Of a stretch of DNA of 64,000 bases, positions 8,115-17,322 are shown one piece after another. Position numbers and translations under genes: made by a program. The notes under the pieces were generated by a model. It had not been told where the DNA came from. It made no database searches and worked only from the letters and a program-made list of their open reading frames with translations. The first letter of the stretch is position 1; every line of letters starts with the position of its first letter. The DNA comes from Fimbriimonadia bacterium (GTDB taxonomy: Bacteria; Armatimonadota; Fimbriimonadia; Fimbriimonadales; JABRVX01), in contig JBGPGO010000001.1 in NCBI GenBank assembly GCA_041483895.1, positions 1 to 64,000 on the forward strand, written 5' to 3'.

Positions 8115-9368
8115 TTAAGGTCTTGACGATAACTTGCCGACCGCAGCACTGATGTCGCCCACGGTCATGATTTTTGCTTGCGACTCAAACGCAGCACTGC
8201 CAGGAAACTTAATTGCAAACCGATCCTCAAGTGCTACGAGAATCTCCTGTAGGTCGAGGGAATCCGCACCTAGATCTAGCATTAAGCGACTCTCGATCGA
8301 AATCGCGTCGGAATTTAGGCCCAGCTTATCGGTGAGGACTTCAAGGACGCCCTGGGGGATCACCGAGACATCTCCTTCCGCTGTCGCACGGTTTTGGCTT
8401 GCCATGTTACGTAATGTAGCTTCGCACCATTTGTATTTACCTGCCTCCATAGCGTAGTTCCCCATAACGCTTGCGCCTGGCTCCACATTCTTCGTTACCC
8501 CAGTCCTGCCGTAGACCGTTACCGCCTCACCAATTTGGACACCAGCCGCGACACCAGCTTGGCCGTAAACCGATGCCCCCGCACCGATGAGTACATCGCC
8601 CGCGATGGCGCAATGGCTTACAATGAGGACGTCGTGAGCAATCATCGCGCCATGACCAATTTGCACTCCATTTCCAATTCTGGAACCGCGACCGATCGAC
8701 GTGATGTCCGTGATGCATCGATCAATGCTACAGAGGGCGCCAATTTCAACGTCGTTGGCTATTTCGACGTTCCCGATGGCGTGATATGACAGGAATGAAC
8801 CGTCCTTTCGCCTGTATGCATTTGGTCTGCCACCTATCACAGATCCAACTCCGATCACCACCCTTTCACCGATTTTGACACCGGCCTCTATAGTCACGCC
8901 GGCGCAAATACGGCAGTCTCCCCCAATTTGCGCATCGCATCCGACACTGACGTTTGGCCCCATTATTGACCCTGCGCCGATAATAGTACGAGGACCAAGG
9001 GATACGCTGGGATGAAGCAGCGCGGTTTGATCAACCGCAATTCCGATAATGTCCATTCCAGGTCGGTCAGCGTCCATATACGGGTCAAATGTTTCGCATA
9101 TTTGGCGAAACCTTAAGAATGGATCCGGGCAGATGATGATCGCGATGTCTCCTGCCTGGACTTGCGATGCAAGGTCTCGTGTCGTAATGATGGCGGTTGG
9201 ACGCTTCGACTTCGCCCTTTGAAAATATCCTTCGTTATCGGCAAATGTCAGATCTCCGTCCTTTACTTTCGCTACCACGTTCAGACCCGCGATCAAGGGA
9301 GAACGACCCGCATGTAGCTCATCGTCGGAAAACAGGTCCGACAATAGCAATGGTCGACTAAACTGCAC
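8115..9368 (-). CDS. LpxD-like hexapeptide-repeat acyltransferase fused to a C-terminal acyl carrier protein
   Basis: LpxD-like N-terminal domain (GDLTF...DP), left-handed beta-helix, VEIGA..SIDR and VQIGH. The C-terminal ~80 aa contain DLGADSLD...LEDRFAI...TVGD. Confidence 0.85.
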   Translation of the reverse strand: MQFSRPLLLSDLFSDDELHAGRSPLIAGLNVVAKVKDGDLTFADNEGYFQRAKSKRPTAIITTRDLASQVQAGDIAIIICPDPFLRFRQICETFDPYMDADRPGMDIIGIAVDQTALLHPSVSLGPRTIIGAGSIMGPNVSVGCDAQIGGDCRICAGVTIEAGVKIGERVVIGVGSVIGGRPNAYRRKDGSFLSYHAIGNVEIANDVEIGALCSIDRCITDITSIGRGSRIGNGVQIGHGAMIAHDVLIVSHCAIAGDVLIGAGASVYGQAGVAAGVQIGEAVTVYGRTGVTKNVEPGASVMGNYAMEAGKYKWCEATLRNMASQNRATAEGDVSVIPQGVLEVLTDKLGLNSDAISIESRLMLDLGADSLDLQEILVALEDRFAIKFPGSAAFESQAKIMTVGDISAAVGKLSSRP

Positions 9369-9433
9369 TATTCAACACACTCGCTCTTCATGATCGTCTC
9401 TTTGAGGATGCGTCAGCGGTCCTGGTGCCAAGT

Positions 9434-10141
9434 TCATTCACCCGCAGCAGGCAGTTGCATTTTCTTTCGAATTTGTGACCAAAGTACCTTTAATATCTGC
9501 TGAGTTCCTATTGCTAGTCCGCTTTCCAGCACCAGGACGATGCAGTTATAGTGCGACTGGTGTATCCCGATGTTAAAGGTCTGTACGATTCTAATAGGGT
9601 TCTTGTTTTCTCTCGGCAGTTCACCCGGTCCCGGAAATAATATCACCTTCAATCTCTTAAACCTTGGTACAGTAACCTCATATATCGCCTTTTTCTGAAT
9701 AACAACATTCGTGGCCGGCTCGTCATACCCCGTTATGAATCCGTAGTGGTTCGTGATAACAAATATGTCCCCACTTTGATGTGCATAGTCGTCGACGGTG
9801 TAGGCGATCTCGTATGTGCGCACGGAATATGGTGGGATCACAAAATGCTCATCCGGTTTGGGGGGAACGATTTCGAGTAGGCTGTCTCCAGCGCCACGCA
9901 CGAGTTGACATCCCATCGGCCGGCGCTCCTTGCCTTCTCTGGTGTCCCATTCGACGTGAGCCTTCAGGTCTTGCGCATTCACGCGAATTCGGTCGCAATA
10001 GGGTGCTCGTAGGGACAGTGCGGTACCGGACCTGTTTGTTACTGTTTTCCGGTCGACAATTGACGCCGACCGACCACTGATCCGGTACGTAATTTCCGCT
10101 TGAATGGTGGTTGAGGCTTCCACGGTGTATCGCTGGCTCAC
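9434..10141 (-). CDS. Hypothetical beta-rich protein
   Basis: 235-aa ORF with AGAAG before the GTG start, co-oriented with and upstream of the LpxD-ACP gene. Confidence 0.65.
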   Translation of the reverse strand: MSQRYTVEASTTIQAEITYRISGRSASIVDRKTVTNRSGTALSLRAPYCDRIRVNAQDLKAHVEWDTREGKERRPMGCQLVRGAGDSLLEIVPPKPDEHFVIPPYSVRTYEIAYTVDDYAHQSGDIFVITNHYGFITGYDEPATNVVIQKKAIYEVTVPRFKRLKVILFPGPGELPRENKNPIRIVQTFNIGIHQSHYNCIVLVLESGLAIGTQQILKVLWSQIRKKMQLPAAGE

Positions 10142-10291
10142 CTTCTATTGCAGTTTTATGATAGATGTAGGCTGGAGGTATTTTACCAGGTTTCCGTGCC
10201 CGCACGGGTCCAACTGCGGAGGCTCCATGCAGTTGGATGTCCGGGAGAAGCAATGGCGTCAATCCGTCGACCGATTGAGGCATCCACCGAT

Positions 10292-10350
10292 GTGTTGGGG
10301 TCTAGATGGGCGCCGGGCCGGGGTGTGGTGGTCGCAGTGAACCCCAACAC
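10292..10350 (+). repeat. 59-bp inverted-repeat element, copy C
   Basis: GTGTTGGGGTCTAG-N30-AGTGAACCCCAACAC; the inverted repeat extends to CCGAT...ATCGG. Confidence 0.88.
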
Positions 10351-10463
10351 ATCGGCCCTCCTTCACAATGGGGATTGTGAGGGCAGAAATTGATAGAGAC
10401 GCGTGCAAACCGCAGCCGCTTGGGTTCGCAGTATTTCACAGCCTCTCTCAATCGGGGCTGCGG

Positions 10464-11993
10464 CTACCGGGTTGCTGGTTGGTCGGGTTGGACGATCTCC
10501 AGCGGGCCGTATTTGCGCAGGCCGGATTCTATTTGCTTGCGCTCTCCCACCGCCATCAGTTGGATGCGATTCTTCCCCAGGTACTTGCGCGCGACGCGTT
10601 GGATGTCCGCAGCGGTGACCTTTTCTATGCGCGAGGGGTAGGTGTCCCAATAGTCCAGCGGCAGGCCGTTTTGCACCAGCTCCAGCGTGCGACCCAATAT
10701 CCCCTCCGCGCTCTCCAACGTCAGCGCAAATCCGCCGACCAAGGAGCGCTTGGCGGCCCCCAATTCCGAAGGCGGGACCGGCGTATCTTGCAGGCGGTCG
10801 AACTCCTTATAGAACTCGCCCACCGCCGGCTCGGTCACCTCGGTGCGGACGCTGGCGCTCGCGCCCCAACTGCCCGTCCACTCGTTGGCGGTGAGGCTGC
10901 TGTACGCGCCATAGGTGTAGCCCTTTTGCTCGCGGATGTTTTGGAACAGACGCCCGGACGAGCCGCCGCCCAAAATGCGATTGGCCACGACGAGCGCGAT
11001 GTAGTCCGGGTCGTTTCGCTTGACGGCGAGGTTGGAGAATTGCAGCACGGTCTGGGCGGAGCCGGGCCTGTCTATCAGATAGATTTTGCCCTGCTCTTTC
11101 GGCTTGAAGTTGGCGGGGGGCAGCTTGGCGGTTGTGGGTCCGGGCTTCCATCCGGCGAAGGCCGCTTCCAATTTACTCTTCAGCGTCTTCATATCTATGT
11201 CGCCGCTGATGCCCATGATCGCGCCGTTCGGGGTGAAGTAGGCCTTGTGGAATGCCATGAGATCATCGCGGGTGATGGCGTCAATGGATTCCGCGGTGGG
11301 GACGGGGCGGCCATAGGGAGTGCCGCCATAGAACAGCTTGTTGGATAGCTGGCCGATGAGCATTTGCGGATTGGTTCGCATCTGCGCGAGGCCGGACTTT
11401 TGCTGGAATTTGGCGCGGTCCAGCCGGTCCTGCGGAAAGGCGGGATGGAACAGGCGGTCGGTCATCATGGCGAGCAAGGTGTCGGTGTATTCCGTGAGGC
11501 CGGCGGCGCTGATGTTGGCGTTTTCGTTCCCGGATCCTGCGTTGACGTTCGCGCCGATGTTCTCGGTGTCTTCGGCCAGCTGCATGTAGGTCTTTGTTGT
11601 GGTGCCTTCGTCCAGTTGGGAGGCGGTCATTCCCGCGACGCCTGGTTTGTTTTCGAAGAGGGAGCCCGCGCGCATTTGGAGGTTGAAGCGCACGACGGGC
11701 ACCTTGTGATCTTCCAGCACGTAGACTGTGACGCCGTTCTCCAGCCTGAATGATTTAGCCTTTGGGATCTTTACTTTCAGGATCTCTTTGGCGACAGGGG
11801 CTTTGCCTTTGATTACCGCGCCGGGCTGGTCGCTGACGCCGGGGGTGTCTTGGGCGTAGACAAGGATCGGAAGGACGGCAGCGATTACGAGGAGGCTTGG
11901 ACGGATGTGTTGGGGTCTAGGTTTATGGCACACCCGGGGAAGCGGACATAGTGAACCCCAACACATTGTAAATCTCATTCTCAATGATCTCAT
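10464..11993 (-). CDS. M16 (pitrilysin) family peptidase, non-catalytic subunit
   Basis: LENGVTVYVLEDHKVPVV, ILGGGSSGRLFQNIREQKGYTYG, no HxxEH. ATGA overlap with the upstream gene. Confidence 0.9.
   Translation of the reverse strand: MRSLRMRFTMCWGSLCPLPRVCHKPRPQHIRPSLLVIAAVLPILVYAQDTPGVSDQPGAVIKGKAPVAKEILKVKIPKAKSFRLENGVTVYVLEDHKVPVVRFNLQMRAGSLFENKPGVAGMTASQLDEGTTTKTYMQLAEDTENIGANVNAGSGNENANISAAGLTEYTDTLLAMMTDRLFHPAFPQDRLDRAKFQQKSGLAQMRTNPQMLIGQLSNKLFYGGTPYGRPVPTAESIDAITRDDLMAFHKAYFTPNGAIMGISGDIDMKTLKSKLEAAFAGWKPGPTTAKLPPANFKPKEQGKIYLIDRPGSAQTVLQFSNLAVKRNDPDYIALVVANRILGGGSSGRLFQNIREQKGYTYGAYSSLTANEWTGSWGASASVRTEVTEPAVGEFYKEFDRLQDTPVPPSELGAAKRSLVGGFALTLESAEGILGRTLELVQNGLPLDYWDTYPSRIEKVTAADIQRVARKYLGKNRIQLMAVGERKQIESGLRKYGPLEIVQPDQPATR
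11907..11964 (+). repeat. 58-bp inverted-repeat element, copy D (inside the 5' end of a CDS)
   Basis: GTGTTGGGGTCTAG-N29-AGTGAACCCCAACAC. Confidence 0.88.
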
Positions 11994-13372
11994 AGCTCAT
12001 CCTCCGGATCGCAGATGATGACGACGCGATTGTTCTTGTTCAGATATTTGATGGCGACGCGCTTCACGTCCTCGGCGGTTACGGCCTCCAGCTTGGCTAG
12101 CTGGGTGTTCATGCGGCCGGGATCGTTGAAGAAGACGGCGTTTTGGGTGAGCTGGTTGGCGCGTCCGAGAGCGGTCTGGATACCTCCGCGACCACCGCCA
12201 CCCCGCCGACCGCCACCTCCGAATCCGATGAGAGTGGTGGCGCGGGCTTGGGTCTTGGCTTTGCGGATTTCGTCGGCCGTTATGCCGTTCTTTTGGATGT
12301 CGGCGATGATGTCCTCAAACGCCTTTTCCACCGGGCCATAGTCCGCGCCAGGCGGGATGGTGGCGGAGAAGGAGAAGAGGCCGGGACCGCGCCCCATCTG
12401 CCCGCCGGCGTTGGCGTTGGTGGCGAGGCGCTTTTCGGTGATTGCCATGGTGATGCGACCCGTGCGTCCGCGACTGAGGATGCTGCCGAGGATGGTGAGG
12501 GCATAGCTGTCCGGGTCGTCGCCACTCACAGTTTTGTATGCGGCCTCATACCTCGTGAGGCGGGCGAGTGGGTCGGTGATCTCCTTGCGCTTCTCGCCGG
12601 ATGGTGGTGGTTCGTTGGTGTCGACGGGCGGCGGGTCGGGCTGGCGGGCGATGCCGCCGAAGTACTTTTCGACCAGCTTCTTTGCTTTGGCTTCGTCGAA
12701 GTCGCCGACGACGGCCAGGGCCGCGTTGTTGGGGGCGTAGTAGGTTTGGAAGAAGGCCTTCACGTCGTTGAGAGTTGCGGCGTTTAGGTCTTGCATGGAG
12801 CCGATTGTGGTGTGCTTGTAGGCGAAGCTGGAGTAGGACAGATCGGACATCAGCTCGCTCATTTGGCCATACGCCTGGTTGTCGTAGCTTTGGCGCTTTT
12901 CTTCTTGGACCACGGCGCGCTGGTTGTCCAGGTTGGCCTGGCTGATGTCCAACGAGCGCATGCGGTCGGATTCTAAGAAGAGGCCGAGCTCGAGCTGGTT
13001 GGCGGGGAGGGACTCGAAATAGTTGGTGCGGTCGGTGTTTGTCGTGCCGTTGAGGGTGCCGCCGTTGTCGGAGATCAGCTTCATGTGCTCGCCTTTGCCC
13101 ACGTTGCCCGAGCCCTGGAACATCATGTGCTCGAACAGGTGGGCGAAGCCGGTGTGGCCGGGGCGCTCATTGCGGGAGCCGACGTTGTAGGTGACGCTGA
13201 CGGCGACGACGGGGGCTGTGTGATCTGTCGACAGAAGGACGCGCAGGCCGTTGGGCAGCTTGAAGTCGGTGAATTTGACCTGTGGGATTTTGACCTCTTG
13301 GGTCTTGTCGGGCATGCAGGCCCATGCGCCGGTGGCGATGGCGGCGGCCGCAAGGAATACGGTTAGTCTCAT
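11990..13372 (-). CDS. M16 family zinc peptidase, catalytic subunit, secreted
   Basis: GFAHLFEHMMFQGS (HxxEH), NGTTNTDRTNY, signal peptide, GAGGAGGG RBS. Confidence 0.93.
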   Translation of the reverse strand: MRLTVFLAAAAIATGAWACMPDKTQEVKIPQVKFTDFKLPNGLRVLLSTDHTAPVVAVSVTYNVGSRNERPGHTGFAHLFEHMMFQGSGNVGKGEHMKLISDNGGTLNGTTNTDRTNYFESLPANQLELGLFLESDRMRSLDISQANLDNQRAVVQEEKRQSYDNQAYGQMSELMSDLSYSSFAYKHTTIGSMQDLNAATLNDVKAFFQTYYAPNNAALAVVGDFDEAKAKKLVEKYFGGIARQPDPPPVDTNEPPPSGEKRKEITDPLARLTRYEAAYKTVSGDDPDSYALTILGSILSRGRTGRITMAITEKRLATNANAGGQMGRGPGLFSFSATIPPGADYGPVEKAFEDIIADIQKNGITADEIRKAKTQARATTLIGFGGGGRRGGGGRGGIQTALGRANQLTQNAVFFNDPGRMNTQLAKLEAVTAEDVKRVAIKYLNKNNRVVIICDPEDEL

Positions 13373-13430
13373 GTAGTCCCTCCTCTATCCCATTATGACG
13401 TACAATTTGACGGTGCGTTTAGCACTACGC

Positions 13431-15992
13431 TCAATTATCGCCTATTGTCCCGAAGTTGCGGAAGGCGATTTGGAGGTCGAGGAGATCGGTGGCACCGTCG
13501 CGGTTGAGATCGGCGCCCTCGCCCTCGAAGGATACGAAGATTGCTGAGATGTCTTTAAGGTCCACCCGGTTGTCCTCGTTGGCGTCGCCGTTGATCAGCG
13601 CATAGGATAGATCCGTGAGATCGCCAGCCCTGGAATCTAGATCATGGATTGTGCTGCGGAGCCAGTTCGTTGTTTTCAGAAGAAGATCAAATTCGCCGAC
13701 GGGCAGGTCAGACGCGAAGGAACCTTCAGGTGCGATTGGAATGCTCCAATCCAGCTCGGGATATACCGGATTGCTGAACTTCAATCGGAGGTCCGCAACT
13801 TCGGTTTGCGGCAGGGCGCTAAGGTCAGTACGAGCGACCTGTCCCGCCGCCCTTCGAGTCCAAAATTCTACCGCCGACAGCGTCCCTCGTACCGAAGCGA
13901 ATGCTCTGTTGCCATACGATTTTGGACTGCGCCACAGACCGTTTCCCGGAGTAACCGCTGCGTACCGAATGCTTCCGTCCTTCTCGACACACTGGAAAGT
14001 GGAATTGTTGTCGAAATAGATCATGCGTCCGAACTCATCAAACGATACTTTCTGGTTCGTGTTCCAATCGCGAAACTGATAGCGAACGTTACCCGCGCTG
14101 TCCAGCATAGTGAAATAGGACGGATCGTTTTGGCTTGGATAGGTGCTCACGTACACGTCGCCTCCCCGTCCAAATGTTGCCGGATATTTCGTTGTATAGG
14201 GAAGCTTGTAGGACCAAATAAGATTTGCCTCAGAATCATACAGCGACACAAGAGAGCCATTGGTCGCCAAAATATGACCGGACGAATCAAATTCGAACTT
14301 CAGGGTCTGGGGTATCAGTTTCCTCCACGCCTCCGTGCGATCCGGATTCAACCTGATTGTCGAATTGTCGATGAGGCCAATATAAAGCGATCCTTCGTTA
14401 TCAGATTCTAATAAGCGCACTCCCAAATCGAGTCTGTTCGAATCTATATTGTAGGTCCAAATAATCTTCCCCGTAATCGGATCGTATTGCAGGACCCTTC
14501 TGCCTGATTGAGTCTCGTAGATCGTTCCGTCCCAGGCAAGAATCGGTCCGACCGTCGCCAGACCGCCCGGAAGGGTCCGGCGCAGCTGGCCCCGCCGATC
14601 GTAAACGAAGATCGACTTCCCGTCCCACATGATCACGGTCCCGTCCGCGCGTGTTCCAAGTCGCTGGATGGACGAGCCTGATGTCAACGTCCACTTCTTG
14701 TTGCCACGCATGTCAAATGCGTCGACTTGGGTCCTGTCAATCGTCGATGTCAGGATAGTGTCTTCATCGGCGACCTCCACATAGGTTGCCTGATAAGTGA
14801 GCGGCAATGTCCGACGCACGTTGCCATCTAGATCGAAAGACAAAAGCCGGTACGGATACGTTGCGGTGCAGTAGACAATCCCGCCAGGGCTGATATCAAT
14901 GTCCATTGTGTATCCAAGCGCGGAGGGGGTGGACCAGACAACGTGACCGGCTCGGCGGTAGATGATTCCGTTGCCAACCAAACAGCCATCCGCGCTGAGC
15001 GCATACGTTCCGGCTGGCGCATACCACTTGATCGATCCATCTGGGGCTAGGACTTGGTTGCCGGCATACAGGGCGCCATCCTTTGCAATTGCCGGCGTAT
15101 ACGACGCCCCGGCCTTCCATATGAGGTTCCCATTGTGGTCCAATGCAACCAGGAATCTTGTCGAATCGTAGCTGACCGCGTAGGTCGTATTGCTGTTGCC
15201 GGTAGCTAAATCGAGCTGGCCGGATTTAATATAGTACGTCCAGGCGATGGTGCCGTTTGGAAAAAATGCAAAAGCGTTGCTGTCGGACATGGTCTGCTTG
15301 GAGTGCACGACTACGACGCCGTCTTCTCGGACAACGGGCGAGCCAATGTCTATCGCCGGAATCTCATATTGCCACTTGAGGTCTCCGTCCGAATTGATGG
15401 CGGACACCGTGCCGGTTCCATCGCAGACAAAGATCGTTCCGTCGGCCGCAACGGCGCAAGACGTTTTGATTTCACCACGCAGCGCCAATCGCCACTTTTC
15501 AACTCCTTGCGGGCTCACTGCGTACATATTCTGGTCTCCGCTGCCGATATATATTGTCCCATCGTAGCCGATGGCGGGCGTTCCGTAGATTGGACCGTTT
15601 GTGTGAAACGTCCAGTCAACTGAGCCATCTCGGCGCAAAGCCAATAGGTCCCCGTTATCACCTCCGACGTATATGTGCCCGTCTGCCGATATTGCCGGAC
15701 CGGCAAGATAATACTGCGAATGCTCGATTGACCACTTGATCTTTCCGTCAGAACGGAGCGCGGCAAATCGATTCCCCCATCCGATATAAATCGTTCCATC
15801 GGAATCGAGCGCAAGAACTTGGCCGGGCACTTCGAGGTTGACGTAAGACATCGTTGGATTCAGAATCGCTCGGTCCGAGCGATTGGTATGCTGGGCGTCG
15901 TGGCGGTACATCGGCCAGGGGCTTCCCGGCTGAAGCTGGGAATGCCCGGCGATGGCCGCGACGAACCCAAAAGCGATGAGGATAAGTTTCAT
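13431..15992 (-). CDS. Secreted PQQ-like beta-propeller protein with C-terminal dockerin-like domain
   Basis: Signal peptide, SPWPMYRHDAQHT, repeated PAI..DGTIY.G...KW, and C-terminal GDANEDNRVDLKD...ADLNRDGATDLLD. Start set at MKLILIAFG. Confidence 0.85.
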   Translation of the reverse strand: MKLILIAFGFVAAIAGHSQLQPGSPWPMYRHDAQHTNRSDRAILNPTMSYVNLEVPGQVLALDSDGTIYIGWGNRFAALRSDGKIKWSIEHSQYYLAGPAISADGHIYVGGDNGDLLALRRDGSVDWTFHTNGPIYGTPAIGYDGTIYIGSGDQNMYAVSPQGVEKWRLALRGEIKTSCAVAADGTIFVCDGTGTVSAINSDGDLKWQYEIPAIDIGSPVVREDGVVVVHSKQTMSDSNAFAFFPNGTIAWTYYIKSGQLDLATGNSNTTYAVSYDSTRFLVALDHNGNLIWKAGASYTPAIAKDGALYAGNQVLAPDGSIKWYAPAGTYALSADGCLVGNGIIYRRAGHVVWSTPSALGYTMDIDISPGGIVYCTATYPYRLLSFDLDGNVRRTLPLTYQATYVEVADEDTILTSTIDRTQVDAFDMRGNKKWTLTSGSSIQRLGTRADGTVIMWDGKSIFVYDRRGQLRRTLPGGLATVGPILAWDGTIYETQSGRRVLQYDPITGKIIWTYNIDSNRLDLGVRLLESDNEGSLYIGLIDNSTIRLNPDRTEAWRKLIPQTLKFEFDSSGHILATNGSLVSLYDSEANLIWSYKLPYTTKYPATFGRGGDVYVSTYPSQNDPSYFTMLDSAGNVRYQFRDWNTNQKVSFDEFGRMIYFDNNSTFQCVEKDGSIRYAAVTPGNGLWRSPKSYGNRAFASVRGTLSAVEFWTRRAAGQVARTDLSALPQTEVADLRLKFSNPVYPELDWSIPIAPEGSFASDLPVGEFDLLLKTTNWLRSTIHDLDSRAGDLTDLSYALINGDANEDNRVDLKDISAIFVSFEGEGADLNRDGATDLLDLQIAFRNFGTIGDN

Positions 15993-16262
15993 GACACTGC
16001 TCCGCGCCAAAACTACCGCGAATTCCATCGAATCGTGGCTGAGTTTCGTACGAACCATTATAACAGGTTTCAGCCACATTGCAGCCACCTGGAACCAATA
16101 ACGTTCCATTTTTATTGTTCCCACGAGGCTATCACAGCGTATTCGGTTGGGCTACTGTTCCGCTATCCTAGCGCTGCGCAACTCGCATCAGGCGCTGGTC
16201 CATTCGGGTGGTGCGGTCATGCCGCTGAGAAGGAAGGGTGCGCCCCCCCGGCTAAGCCGATT

Positions 16263-17219
16263 TCATGGCTTCGCCGACTTGAAGTACTCAATCGTTCGGT
16301 ATTCAGTGAACTTCCAGTGCGTTGCGGGGAGGTGCTTGTAGTTTTCGTAGCCGCCTGGATTGCGGTCCTCTTCGACGGTCCTTTGAATCCAGTTTCCGTG
16401 GGCGTCGAATTGATAGTTGGAGTAGCGGGTTTTGTCGTCACTGTTGTCGGAGCGATCCCTTTCGTAATTCAGGTTGCCCTGGGTGTCATACTCGTAATTG
16501 GTGACCTGCTCGCTGGTATATTTGCCCGTGGTAATCGAAGTCTGGACAATCGTCTTTCGACCCTGGTTGTCGTATACGTATTTCTTGCGAGTCGTGACAT
16601 CCTTCCCCGTCATTGTTTCTTCGACAACGCGGCCATCGGAATCGTGATTGAAGGAAACCCCGGCACCTTGTCTGCTCTGATGGTCGCCGGTTTTGCCTGC
16701 AAGGAACCCCGTCACCCTTATAAGCATGCCTGCCTTATCGTAGATGTAGTCGCTGACCACATGATCCGTGGACTCTATCGCTTTTCCGTCAGGGCCTTTG
16801 AAATCGACAGAATCATCAACCATCCTCTGAGTCGGTTTGTCCGATGACCCCGCATACTTGTACGTTGTGGTTGTGACGCTCGAGTACAAATTGGACATGA
16901 CGATTTTCTGGACCTCTTTCGTATCGCGACCTTCGTCGTCATAAGAATAGCTGGTGGTTACGCGGCGGCCATCCCTTCGCGTTGTTGATGCAGAGAGGAG
17001 ATGTTTGCGTTCGTCATATTGCCACTCGCCTGTAACCCGTTTTGGCCCATGCCCGCTCGCAGTGGCATCCGCTTCTTCCATGCGCACGGACTTCACCGGT
17101 CCATTGAAAGAAGCAGATATTGGGATGCTAGACCGGTTTGTCCCCTTCATCGAGGAACCAAATCGTGAGCAACCAGAGGCCATTAGCACGATGGCGGCGG
17201 CCAGGACAATCCGAGACAT
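16263..17219 (-). CDS. Lipoprotein with YD/RHS-like repeats
   Basis: Lipobox-like MASGC; repeated Y.YD..GR/N motifs; GPVKSVR and GNWIQR. Confidence 0.8.
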   Translation of the reverse strand: MSRIVLAAAIVLMASGCSRFGSSMKGTNRSSIPISASFNGPVKSVRMEEADATASGHGPKRVTGEWQYDERKHLLSASTTRRDGRRVTTSYSYDDEGRDTKEVQKIVMSNLYSSVTTTTYKYAGSSDKPTQRMVDDSVDFKGPDGKAIESTDHVVSDYIYDKAGMLIRVTGFLAGKTGDHQSRQGAGVSFNHDSDGRVVEETMTGKDVTTRKKYVYDNQGRKTIVQTSITTGKYTSEQVTNYEYDTQGNLNYERDRSDNSDDKTRYSNYQFDAHGNWIQRTVEEDRNPGGYENYKHLPATHWKFTEYRTIEYFKSAKP

Positions 17220-17322
17220 GACTCGTTATACCTGGTGGTTGTCGCGCGGAGCAGAACTGACTCCTGGTACGATCACTGTCGCCCGATACCGTTCATGCTG
17301 CGACTGACGTACCTAGATTCGA

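Noticed and set aside
5078..11964. 59-bp elements as integron attC sites
   Set aside because: Arm order is GTT...AAC, the reverse of attC (RYYYAAC...GTTRRRY). They do not follow each island ORF, and no intI is present.
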